Below, piece by piece: positions 50,987 through 63,418 of a stretch of 64,000 bases of DNA. The stretch's first letter is position 1. Each line of letters opens with the position of its first letter. Position numbers and translations under genes: made by a program. The notes below the pieces were generated by a model, which worked only from the letters and a program-made list of their open reading frames with translations, was not told the origin of the DNA and made no database searches. Source of the DNA: Prochlorococcaceae cyanobacterium jk18x1bzbins.87 (lineage in GTDB: Bacteria > Cyanobacteriota > Cyanobacteriia > PCC-6307 > Cyanobiaceae). Location of the stretch: assembly GCA_022826535.1 (NCBI GenBank), contig JAJDUS010000043.1, forward strand, positions 10,675-74,674, in the 5' to 3' direction.

Positions 50987-51799
50987 TTGGCAATGTCTGC
51001 CCCAGGCATGGATGTTCCCGGAAGCCCCCCCATGATTCGCATCGATGGCCTCCATATGCATTTTGGCGGCATCCGGGCTGTCAATGGCGTCAGCCTGGAG
51101 ATCCCCAGGGGCAAGATCACCGGTCTGATCGGCCCCAACGGTGCGGGCAAAACAACCTTATTTAATGTGGTTGCCGGGCATCACAAGCCCACTGCCGGCC
51201 ATGTCTACCTGGAGGAGGAGGAGGTGACGGGCCTGGCGGCCCATGAACTCTTCGCCCGGGGTTTGCTGCGCACCTTTCAAGTGGCCCACGAGTTTTCAAC
51301 CCTCACGGTGCGGGAGAACCTGATGATGGTTCCCAGTGGACAACCAGGAGAACACCTGTGGAATGCCTGGTTCCGCACGGGGCAGGTGCAGGCGCGGGAG
51401 AGGGACATTCGCCACCGGGCTGACCAGGTGCTGGATTTTCTCCAAATCACCCCTGTGGCAAACCAGTTGGCTGGAAACTTGAGTGGTGGCCAGAAAAAGC
51501 TTCTGGAATTGGGGCGCACCATGATGATCAATCCCAAGGTTGTCTTCCTTGATGAAGTGGGCGCCGGGGTGAACCGCACCCTGCTCAAAACCATCACCAC
51601 GGCCATTCAACGCCTCAACCGGGAACAGGGCTACACCTTTTGCATGATCGAGCATGACATGACTCTCATCAGCCAGCTTTGTGATTCAGTGGTGGTGATG
51701 GCTGAGGGCATGGTGCTCTGCCAGGGGAGCGCCGCTGAGGTGCAGCGTGACCAGCGGGTGATTGAGGCCTACCTTGGCAAAAATCTGCTCGACCCATGA
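50987..51799 (+). CDS. ABC transporter ATP-binding protein (LivG-like)
   Basis: GPNGAGKTT, LSGGQ, LDEVGAG, IEHD. Confidence 0.94.
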   Translation: MAMSAPGMDVPGSPPMIRIDGLHMHFGGIRAVNGVSLEIPRGKITGLIGPNGAGKTTLFNVVAGHHKPTAGHVYLEEEEVTGLAAHELFARGLLRTFQVAHEFSTLTVRENLMMVPSGQPGEHLWNAWFRTGQVQARERDIRHRADQVLDFLQITPVANQLAGNLSGGQKKLLELGRTMMINPKVVFLDEVGAGVNRTLLKTITTAIQRLNREQGYTFCMIEHDMTLISQLCDSVVVMAEGMVLCQGSAAEVQRDQRVIEAYLGKNLLDP

Positions 51800-51817
51800 A
51801 ACATCACCCTGCAATCC

Positions 51818-52528
51818 ATGGCTGACCCTTTTCTCATCGGCGAGGCCATGACTTGTGGCTATGGAGACGCCAATATCCTCCATGGCTGCACCATCGCCGT
51901 TGAGCAAGGGGAAATCGCCGTGATTGTGGGTCCCAATGGAGCGGGTAAGTCCACCGCCATGAAAGCCGTCTTTGGCCTTCTTCCCCTCCGTGGGGGCGTT
52001 GTGCGTCTGGGGGGGCAAGATATTTCAACCCTCACCCCTCCGGATCGGGTGGCCGCCGGCATGGGGTTTGTCCCCCAGACCAATAACGTGTTTCCCTCCC
52101 TCACCATCCGGGAGAACCTGGAGATGGGCGCCTACCTCTGCCCGCAAAACATTGAGGACAGGATTGCCCAGTTGACCAACCTGTTCCCCATCTTGAAAGA
52201 ACGCTCCCAGCAGCCGGCGGGGGAGCTTTCCGGCGGACAACGGCAACAGGTGGCCGTTGCCCGGGCCATGATGACCCAGCCCAGGGTTCTGATGCTGGAT
52301 GAACCCACGGCAGGGGTGAGCCCCATCCTGGTGCAGGAACTCTTTGCCAGGATTCAGGAGATTGCAGCGGCGGGCATCGCCGTGCTGATCGTGGAGCAAA
52401 ACGCCCGGCAGGCCTTGAGCCTGGCCCATAGGGGATTTGTATTGGTGCAGGGGAAAAACCGTTTTACGGGCACGGGCCAAGATTTATTGAATGACCCTGA
52501 TGTGCGCCAGAGCTTTCTGGGAGGCTGA
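51818..52528 (+). CDS. ABC transporter ATP-binding protein (LivF-like)
   Basis: GPNGAGKST, LSGGQRQ, LDEPTAG, VEQNA. Confidence 0.94.
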   Translation: MADPFLIGEAMTCGYGDANILHGCTIAVEQGEIAVIVGPNGAGKSTAMKAVFGLLPLRGGVVRLGGQDISTLTPPDRVAAGMGFVPQTNNVFPSLTIRENLEMGAYLCPQNIEDRIAQLTNLFPILKERSQQPAGELSGGQRQQVAVARAMMTQPRVLMLDEPTAGVSPILVQELFARIQEIAAAGIAVLIVEQNARQALSLAHRGFVLVQGKNRFTGTGQDLLNDPDVRQSFLGG

Positions 52529-52557
52529 TCATGGGACCATCCCGGCATTCGTGACCA

Positions 52558-53675
52558 ATGGCTACCAAAACTGAGACCAACGGTCCCCCCAGGGAATGGC
52601 ACCGCCCTTGGGGGATTGCCGTGGGGGTGGCCCTGTTGCTGATTGTTCTCCCACTGGTGGGCCGGGAGGGGGCAGGCGTCAACCTCCTCAATGCCCTGGT
52701 GCGGTTTGCCAATTTTGTGGTGATTCCAGGGATGACCTATGGATCCCAGTTGGCTCTGGGGGCGTTGGGGGTGACCCTGATCTATGCAGTGATGCGGTTT
52801 TCCGATTTTGCCCATGGGGACACCATGGCCTTTGGGGCCATGGGCGTCATCCTGGCGACACGGGTGTTGCAGGGCATGGGCATCTCGGCAGGGCCACTCC
52901 CCACGGCACTATTGGCGCTCCCCTTCGGAATTCTGGGGGCCGTGACCCTGGCTCTGGTGTTTGATCGCACCGTCTATCGCTTTTATCGACGACAGCGGGC
53001 AGCACCGGTGACCTTTGTCATTGCCTCCATCGGCGCCATGTTTGTCACCAATGGCTTGGTGCGCCTCATCATTGGCCCCAGTGATCAGCGCTTTGCCGAT
53101 GGGGCGCGGTTCATCATCCGGGTCCAGGCGTTCAAGGAAATGACAGGGTTATCGGAAGGCCTCGCCCTGAGAACCACCCAGGCCATCACCCTGGTGGTGG
53201 CCGTGGTGGTGGTGCTGGCCCTGTTTCTCTTCCTCAATCGTACATCCCTGGGGAAGGCCATGCGGGCCTATGCCGACAATGAAGACCTGGCCCTCCTCAG
53301 CGGCATCAACCCGGAGCGGGTGGCCCTCTGGACATGGATCCTTGCCGCAACCCTCGCCACCATCGCGGGCACCCTCTACGGCCTCGATAAATCCTTCAAA
53401 CCCTTCACCTATTTCCAGTTGCTACTGCCCATCTTTGCCAGCGCCATTGTGGGTGGGATCGGCAAACCCCTTGGGGCCATTGCGGGTGGCTTTGTGGTGG
53501 CCTTCTCGGAAATTGCCCTCACCTACCCCTACAGAAAAGTTCTCGACTACCTGGGCTTCGAGACCGACAGCCTCGTTCAACTGCTGTCCGCGGATTACAA
53601 GTTCGCCGTCTGCTTCATCATTCTGGTGGTGGTGCTCATCTGGCGACCACGGGGCATCTTCCAGGGGCGGGTGAT

Positions 53676-53679
<4 letters not shown>
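52558..53679 (+). CDS. branched-chain amino acid ABC permease (LivH-like)
   Basis: ALGVTLIY, FAHG, GKAMRA.ADN..LA..SGIN, RPRGIF. Confidence 0.92.
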
Positions 53680-56458
<2,779 letters not shown>

Positions 56459-56499
56459 TAGGCTGATCTCAGCTTATTCGGACGGCTGCCATTGCGCCC

Positions 56500-57477
56500 A
56501 TGAGCTCTTCGCAAGATGTCCGTCCCCGTTGGCTGGCCCATCACCATCCGCCCATCTTGTGGCGTGGCGCCCCAGTGGACTGTCCCAGCCTAGAAGAAGG
56601 CTATGAAGCCTGCCGCGTTGAAACCCGGCACTGGGCCAAAACCTATTACCTGGGCAGCCTGCTGATGCCCCCCAAGAAGCGCCGCGCCATCTGGGCCATT
56701 TATGTATGGTGTCGACGCACGGATGAGCTGGTGGACGCTCCCGATGCCGCCGCCCTGGACCCCACCCAACTCCATCAGCGCCTCGACCAATGGGAGGAGC
56801 GGACACGGCGGCTCTTTGCCGGAGAGGTGAATGATGCCCAGGAGGTGGCCCTCTGGGACACCCTGCAGCACTATTCCCAAGACATCAAGCCTTATCTGGA
56901 TATGATCGCCGGCCAACGGATGGACATCACCCTTAAGCGCTACCAGACCTTCGAGGAGCTTAAGCTTTACTGCTACCGGGTGGCGGGCACCGTGGGTCTG
57001 ATGAGCCAAGCGGTGATGGGGTTGGACGAGGCATTTTACTCCGCCCCCTGGAGTCGCTGCCCTGACCCCACAGAATGTGCTGTGGCCTTGGGCATCGCCA
57101 GCCAACTGACGAATATTTTACGGGATGTGGGGGAAGATCGAGAGCGGGGACGCATCTACCTTCCCCAGCAGGAGCTGGCCCAGTTCAACTACACGGAAGC
57201 GGAGTTGATGAGTGGGGTCATCAATGAGCACTGGCGTGCGCTGATGAAATTCCAGGTGCAGCGGGCCCGGGAATGGTTCCGTCGCTCGGAGGAGGGGATT
57301 CGCTGGCTCTGTAAAGATGCCCGCTGGCCCGTGTGGACATCTCTGCAGCTTTATCAGGGCATCCTGAGGGTCATTGAGGACAACGGCTATGATGTGTTCT
57401 CCCGCAGGGCTTACGTACCACGCCTGAGAAAGCTGCTGAGCCTGCCCATCTCCTTGACCCTCGCCCAGTCCCGCTAA
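56500..57477 (+). CDS. crtB: phytoene synthase
   Basis: WCRRTDELVD, YCYRVAGTVG, QLTNILRDVGED, RGRIYLP. Confidence 0.97.
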   Translation: MSSSQDVRPRWLAHHHPPILWRGAPVDCPSLEEGYEACRVETRHWAKTYYLGSLLMPPKKRRAIWAIYVWCRRTDELVDAPDAAALDPTQLHQRLDQWEERTRRLFAGEVNDAQEVALWDTLQHYSQDIKPYLDMIAGQRMDITLKRYQTFEELKLYCYRVAGTVGLMSQAVMGLDEAFYSAPWSRCPDPTECAVALGIASQLTNILRDVGEDRERGRIYLPQQELAQFNYTEAELMSGVINEHWRALMKFQVQRAREWFRRSEEGIRWLCKDARWPVWTSLQLYQGILRVIEDNGYDVFSRRAYVPRLRKLLSLPISLTLAQSR

Positions 57478-57926
57478 ACTGCTGTCTTCTGCTGGTCCAG
57501 CAGCAGCTTGAGCTTGGAGAGTTCCTGGCTCCAGCGGGGATCCGGAGCATCTGCCTCAGCAAGCTCACGGTGAACCACCTTGTCGGCCACCTTGCTGGCG
57601 CGGGGGGGCGCTTGGTCATTGCGCCGGGCACTGGCGTTGCGGTTGCCATCCTTGCGCTCGGAGCGCTCCACACGGAGGGTTTGACCAGCAAACTCCTTGC
57701 CGTTGAACTGGGCAATCATTGCTTCAGCCAGTCGCTCATCATTTACACTGATGAAGCCAAAGCCACGACATTCGCCATTCTCCCGGTCAGTCACCGGTTT
57801 GAAGCGAATGCTTTGATCAACAACAGCTTTGAACTGGCCCTCAAGCTCCTGGAGATCAGCGTCCCGGGGCACATTGCCCACATAGATGCGAATTCCCGGC
57901 TGATTATTGTTGGAACGGTTGCTCAT
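57474..57926 (-). CDS. RRM RNA-binding protein (Rbp3-like)
   Basis: RIYVGNVP, RNP1 CRGFGFI, C-terminal PDPRW..EL.KLK. Confidence 0.9.
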   Translation of the reverse strand: MSNRSNNNQPGIRIYVGNVPRDADLQELEGQFKAVVDQSIRFKPVTDRENGECRGFGFISVNDERLAEAMIAQFNGKEFAGQTLRVERSERKDGNRNASARRNDQAPPRASKVADKVVHRELAEADAPDPRWSQELSKLKLLLDQQKTAV

Positions 57927-58065
57927 GCGTTGCAGTGGGGGAGTGGGAAAGGAAGGAAGGTTAAAGTCAACAGGATGATGATGCCCTTTTGGTAGGCCTG
58001 AAACATAAATCACCAATACATACCCCTATCACATCAAGACTCTCTACGGGTGATTCATGTAGCCC

Positions 58066-59337
58066 TTACAGGCCATTCTCCTCCTGCTGGAGCCATTGTC
58101 GGGACCTGTCCAGGATGGACCCCTCATCATGAACGACCAAGCGCCCGAAGGCATTCTCGTGGCGCAGAAAGGCCATCAGCGCCCCCAACCGGGGACTGGG
58201 TGATAAAGACAAGGCCTCCTGCAAGCGGTCCCCACTGAGGGGGCAGCGGGGATGGCAGAGGGGGTGGGCAGGATCCTGCCAGCGGCGTAGCCACAGCCTA
58301 GCGTCTTTCAGGGTCAGTTGGTTCTGGGCCAGCAGAACCAGCAGTAGGGCCGGGAGCTCCTTCGTCAGGTCCAGGTGAAGCTGAAGTTGCTGGTCCTCTG
58401 TCAGCCCCGTCGTTGCTGCGGCCCACACTTGACGCCAGTGATTGAGCCGTTGCCACTGCCGTTGCTGGCGCCTGCTGCAGCCCAGGCGTTCCACCAGGAA
58501 TTGCGCTCCCAATACTCCCGAGAGTCGGGCCAAGGCCAGATGGCGTGTCAAGCACTCCCCCTCCAGGCCCATGGCCATGGCCAGTGGGCGGCTCAGGCGC
58601 CCAAGGCCTGGCCATGGTCGCGCCATGGGGAGCCATGTCCCCAGAACACTGCCCGTCTCAAGGAGCCAATGGTGGGCCTGGGGCGCCCGACAGAGTCGCT
58701 CCAGTTCCCCCAGGACCCGTTCGGAAGCCGCCATGGCCAGCTTCGGCGCCGCCTGCCAAAGCCATTGACGGGTGCCCTCCTCAATGGTGCATCCCAACTC
58801 AGCCGCCAAGCGATAGGCCCGCAGCACCCGCAAGGGATCGGCCACCAGATTGGCTGCCGCCACACAGCGCAGCCGCCGCCGGGCCAGGTCCTGCAGACCA
58901 CCACAGGGATCATGGACTGTCTGCTGCCTCAGGTGGTATGCCATGGCATTGAGGGCAAAATCCCGCCGCCACAGGTCCGCCTCCATGGTGGGACCGTCCC
59001 AAGCAGCCACATCCACGGTCCAGGGACCATGGACCAGGCGGCCCATGTCACGTCCCTGGTCCAACACCACCACCGTGCCACCCCAGCGGCTGGCCAACTG
59101 CCGACAAAGATGGATTGCCCCCTGGGGAATGGTCAGATCCACGTCAGGATGGTCCCTGAGGCGCCCCAGCAAGACGTCACGGACAACCCCTCCCACCAGG
59201 ACGGTATCCCCAGGCAGGGCAGCCCAGGGGAAGGGCAGAATCAATCTGGCTACGGCAGCGGTCACTTGGGCCGCTGCCCCTTCCCGAGTCAAGCCGGAAT
59301 GGAGATCACCTGTTGCGACTTCACTGCCCCTGTGCAT
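58066..59337 (-). CDS. tRNA nucleotidyltransferase (CCA/CC-adding)
   Basis: LVGGVVRD, DVDL, DLWRRDFALNAM, DPLRVLRAYR, ERVLGEL. Confidence 0.93.
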   Translation of the reverse strand: MHRGSEVATGDLHSGLTREGAAAQVTAAVARLILPFPWAALPGDTVLVGGVVRDVLLGRLRDHPDVDLTIPQGAIHLCRQLASRWGGTVVVLDQGRDMGRLVHGPWTVDVAAWDGPTMEADLWRRDFALNAMAYHLRQQTVHDPCGGLQDLARRRLRCVAAANLVADPLRVLRAYRLAAELGCTIEEGTRQWLWQAAPKLAMAASERVLGELERLCRAPQAHHWLLETGSVLGTWLPMARPWPGLGRLSRPLAMAMGLEGECLTRHLALARLSGVLGAQFLVERLGCSRRQQRQWQRLNHWRQVWAAATTGLTEDQQLQLHLDLTKELPALLLVLLAQNQLTLKDARLWLRRWQDPAHPLCHPRCPLSGDRLQEALSLSPSPRLGALMAFLRHENAFGRLVVHDEGSILDRSRQWLQQEENGL

Positions 59338-59361
59338 CTGTCTTGACTGCCACTGGGTGGA
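59193..59361. repeat. direct repeat copy 1 (cca 5' end plus dead ycf34 start)
   Basis: Aligns without gaps to 61504-61672; 148/169 identical by manual count. Confidence 0.95.
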
Positions 59362-59379
59362 TCCTTTGAGCGCACAACG

Positions 59380-60576
59380 ATGGGCAAAGGTCTCGACAAA
59401 GCCCAGCCCCAGGACGTGGTGGATTTACTGCCAGAGCAGCCTCCCCATGGTGCTGCCCGTCGGCCCCGGCTGGGGCCCGCTGACCCAACCGTTGACCTCC
59501 AGGAGGCAAGTAGGCTTTTGCATGGCAGTTGGCAGGTGATTTGCTGTGTCCAGGGGGCTGAGCACGCTGCATCCGGGACCGGCCCAGGAGGTCTACGGCA
59601 CATGGGATCCACCGGATCTGATCGTGTCCGATGGCGCCTATGGCGTGGGCGGGTTTCCAGGTGATCCTCGCACGCCGCAGGGATTGGCAGGGTGGTATGC
59701 CGACCATGTGGCAGCGTGGTCGAATTTCGCACACCCGGCCACGACGTTGTGGTTCTGGAACACCGAGATTGGCTGGGCAACCCTTCATCCCCTTCTGGAG
59801 CGGGAAGGCTGGGAGTATGTCCAGACGATTCTGTGGGACAAGGGGATTGGCCATATCGCGGGCAATATGAACGGGGAGACGATTCGCCGACTGCCGATTG
59901 TTACGGAACTCTGTGCCTTCTACCGGCGACGGCTTGTGCTGAAAACCCCAATGGGCAAGATGCCCCTCTGCCGCTGGCTGCACACGGAATGGCGACGGAC
60001 CGGACTGCCCCTGTACCGGGCCAACGAGGCATGTGGGGTCAAGAACGCTGCAACCCGCAAGTATCTCACCCAGGACTGGCTCTGGTACCTCCCACCCGCG
60101 GAGATGATGGGCAAGCTGGTTGCCTTTGCAAACGCCCATGGTGATCCAGGGGGGCGACCCTATTACGCGATTGACGGGAAGCGGCCTGTCACTGCAGTTG
60201 AGTGGGCACGGCTGCGCCACCCATGGCACCACGAGCACGGCCTGACCAATGTCTGGTCCCATCCCCCCTCAATGGGGCAGAGCGCTATCGGGGCGATGGA
60301 CGGCGCGTCGCTCCCCGGGTGCATAACCCAGGGAGGAATGCAGCGGCCCATCTGAATCAGAAACCTCTTGCGTTCATGCGCCGCATCATCAAGGTGGCCT
60401 CCAATGAGGGGGACACCATCTGGGAGCCCTTTGGGGGGCTATGCACTGCATCAGTGGCGGCGGTTGAGACCGGCCGGAATGCCTTTGCCGCCGAACCTGA
60501 CCCCTACTTCTTGGCACTGGCAAAACAGCGCCTAACTGGCCAGTTTGCTGGTAACCAGTTACCGCTGAAGGTGTGA
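59380..60576 (+). pseudogene. amino-DNA methyltransferase (beta-class motif order), two frameshifts
   Basis: Catalytic-like SDGAY, HLNQKPL, SAM-binding WEPFGG. Segments join at G5 (59553-57) and C6 (60263-68). The N-terminal join is inferred. Confidence 0.8.
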
Positions 60577-60580
60577 CGTC

Positions 60581-61492
60581 ATGCCGATGGACAACCCACA
60601 GCCACAACGACAGGAGCTCCTCAGACCTGAGCGAGAGCTTGTCAGTCATGTGAGAGATGCACTCGGCGCCCTTCCGGCGTATTTTCAAACTGCAACCCGA
60701 ATCGAAGGCCTCGACGGAGGGGAACTGTTTAACCTCAGCGCTGTTCCGGGTAGCGCCATTGAGGTCCAGGTCGTTGAAACTCTCAATCGAATCCGCAAGG
60801 TCTGGGATCCCAAGAACCGCTGGCCGTGTCACCGATTTGTACGCTCGGCACAAACTTTCCCGGACGTGAGGTTGGTTGCGGACAAGAAAGACACGGATCC
60901 CCATATTGCCCTTGGCATCGAACGCAAGGGATGGTATCTCCTGTCCAAGGAAGGGGAGCCCAGTTTCAGGTACACCGTGACACCATCAGCTTGCTCTCCC
61001 CAGGATCTGCTGGTCGTCGTTCCCTGGCACCTCAAAAACGTCCTGTCGGGAGAGCCTGTGGTCTACAAGCCCTACATTGAGCAAGCTCGCTACGTGGCCG
61101 AGTTGCGCAACTGGTTTTGGACCAATAAAAGGGAGACGAGCGACACGTTGGACCAGCGACAGATCAAGCCACCCGATATACAGGTCAGCCCTTATCCGCC
61201 CCCCAAGGCAAGAATTGCTGATCAGCCCGTTAAGGACGGCGGGCACAACTTCGGTCGCGTCGCACGGCTTGCTGATCTCATGGACGATTACACCTCTTCC
61301 TTGCGGGGGTAACGGATCGCTGGAATTCCGGCTGATCACTGGATCGTATTTTTCAAGCGACATGCGGAAGCCAAAGACCCAGGACGGATTCTCGCTCACC
61401 TGGAACATGACCTGAGAGAGAGGGGGCTCAACAAAGATGTAGAGGCGGATTTAGCAGAAGCGATCTCCCGAATTGTCAAGTGGTTCAGATAA
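60581..61492 (+). pseudogene. putative PD-(D/E)xK restriction endonuclease with premature stop
   Basis: FPDV...GIERKG motif; starts 4 nt after the MTase stop. TAA at 61310-12 is followed by 59 more open codons to TAA 61490-92. Confidence 0.65.
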
Positions 61493-61503
61493 GGTGCCCA
61501 TCT

Positions 61504-61672
61504 CCACCAGGAGTGTATCCCCAGGCAGTGCGGCCCAGGGGAAGGGTGGAGTCAACCTGGTTACGGCCGCGGTCACTTGGGCCGCAGCCTCCGCCCGAGT
61601 CAGGCCAGAATGGGGATCACCTGTTGCGGCTTCACTGCCCATGTGCATCTGTGTTGATTGCCACTGGGTGGA
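61504..61672. repeat. direct repeat copy 2 (truncated cca 5' end plus live ycf34 start)
   Basis: Paralogous to 59193-59361; encodes MHMGSEAATGDPHSG...PWAALPGDTLLV on the minus strand. Confidence 0.95.
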
Positions 61673-61889
61673 CCGTTGCTCCACATACCATGCAGTAGAG
61701 ACCCAGCATGGCGTCAAACATCTGACCCCAACACCGGACTTTGAACCTCTCCAGCCTCGCATCAATGTCCATTTACGGTCCCAAGAGTTGACCACCACAG
61801 TGGAGTGGGACGTGGTGGCCTGCAACAGTTTCTTGACGGACCTGGGCCATTGGCAGCGCTTGCGGCCCCGGGAGGCCGTACCCACTTGA
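61641..61889 (+). CDS. ycf34: Ycf34 family protein
   Basis: MCICVDCHWVDRCSTYHAVETQH...EWDVVACNSF...WQRLRP (82 aa). Confidence 0.92.
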   Translation: MCICVDCHWVDRCSTYHAVETQHGVKHLTPTPDFEPLQPRINVHLRSQELTTTVEWDVVACNSFLTDLGHWQRLRPREAVPT

Positions 61890-62080
61890 GCATGGCCATG
61901 GCGTTGGCGCCGTTCCCCTGATCAGGGGATGGGCCCCTGTCCCTTTGCTGCAAGGCAAGGGGGAAAGAGCTGGCCAATGGGCTGCATCAGAAATTGCAGA
62001 CCCTCTTGCCAGTGTCCCGATGGTGTCGGCTGGCGGCCATGGCGGTGGCCACCGGACCCAAGAGCAACATGGTTCCACAG

Positions 62081-62120
62081 CCCATCTCTAATTTCTCCTG
62101 ACCTTATCCGGACTTGGGGT
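62081..62120 (+). mobile_element. isolated IS982-type right end
   Basis: CTAATTTCTCCTGACCTTATCCGGACTTGGGGT matches the end at 33767-33799. Confidence 0.65.
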
Positions 62121-62395
62121 CAGAAGGGTTGGCGGCGACCACCTGGCTCGGGCAGGCTGCAGCAATTAAAGCCATCGCGACAGACCTTGCCATGGTCCAT
62201 GGCCCAATTGATGAGCACTACACGGTTTTTGGTGCCGGTCTTGGTGAAGATATTGCTCACATGGTTATCCACGGTGCGCTTGCTGATGGAGAGCACCTGG
62301 GCAATTTCCTGGTTGGTCAGGCCGCGGGCCAAGTGCTCGATGATTTCGATCTCCCGTTCCGAGAGGCCGACACCAAAGTCCCGAGGAAGCGCCAC
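62120..62395 (-). CDS. pedR: small LuxR-family redox regulator
   Basis: LSEREIEII...GLTNQEIA...SKRTVDNHVSNI...GKVCRDGFNCC; GTG start at 62395. Confidence 0.88.
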   Translation of the reverse strand: MALPRDFGVGLSEREIEIIEHLARGLTNQEIAQVLSISKRTVDNHVSNIFTKTGTKNRVVLINWAMDHGKVCRDGFNCCSLPEPGGRRQPF

Positions 62396-62437
62396 TGGGT
62401 TCCCATAATCTGATCCCAGCTTAAGCTGTATCGCGTT

Positions 62438-63418
62438 TTGGCTGGGCAAAATGGGGTGATGAACTCCCAGGTCAGTTCCTCGGCCTTCCAACAGGCCCTT
62501 GCCAGCGGTCAACCCGTGATCACCGCTGAACTCAGCCCGCCCCGTGGGGGATCCGTGCAACAGGTGCTGGCCACGGCAGACCAGTTGCGGGGCCGTGTTC
62601 ATGCCCTGAATGTGACCGATGGCAGTCGGGCTGTGATGGGCATGAGCAGTGTGGCGGTCTGTCGTCTGTTGCTTGACCGCAATCTGGAAACGGTGCTCCA
62701 GGTGGGTTGTCGTGATCGCAATCGCATTGCCCTGCAGGCGGATCTGCTGGGGGCCCATGCCCTGGGTTTGCACAATGTGCTCTGCCTCACCGGTGACCCC
62801 GTCAAAGTGGGGGACCAGCCCAAGGCACGGCCCGTCTTCGACTATGAAGCAGTGCGACTCTTGCGGGATGTAAAGAACCTGAACCAGGGCCTGGATGCCC
62901 TGGGGCAGCCCCTCCCCGATGGACCCACCGCCCTGTTCCCCGGCTGCGCGGCGGATCCCCAGTCGCCAAGCTGGACTGGTCTCAAGAGTCGTCTACAACG
63001 TAAAAAAGAGGCGGGGGCCCGATTTATTCAAACCCAGATGGTGATGGACCCGGAGGCTCTGCGCCGCTTCTGCCGGGAGTTGGCCACGCCCCTGGGCCTT
63101 CCCGTTCTGGCAGGGGTGTTTCTGTTGAAATCTGGCAAGAATGCCCGCTTCATCAACCGGATGGTGCCAGGGGCATCCATCCCGGAGGAGGCCATTGCCC
63201 GGCTGGATGGGGCCAGGACTCCACGGGCAGAAGGGCTCCGGATGGCTGCCGAACAACTGGCCGCCTACCTGGAAATTGCCCAAGGTGTCCACCTCATGGC
63301 CATCAAGGCGGAGTCTGCCATTCCACAAATCCTGGACCTGGCCGGTGTGCCGCCCCTGGTCTCACCTGCTGTTGTGGATGGCACGGGCCTTAGACCGTTG
63401 GCGGCGGAACCACCTTGA
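62438..63418 (+). CDS. metF: methylenetetrahydrofolate reductase
   Basis: TAELSPPRG, NVTDG, CRDRNRIALQ, LTGDP, FIQTQ. Confidence 0.92.
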   Translation: MAGQNGVMNSQVSSSAFQQALASGQPVITAELSPPRGGSVQQVLATADQLRGRVHALNVTDGSRAVMGMSSVAVCRLLLDRNLETVLQVGCRDRNRIALQADLLGAHALGLHNVLCLTGDPVKVGDQPKARPVFDYEAVRLLRDVKNLNQGLDALGQPLPDGPTALFPGCAADPQSPSWTGLKSRLQRKKEAGARFIQTQMVMDPEALRRFCRELATPLGLPVLAGVFLLKSGKNARFINRMVPGASIPEEAIARLDGARTPRAEGLRMAAEQLAAYLEIAQGVHLMAIKAESAIPQILDLAGVPPLVSPAVVDGTGLRPLAAEPP

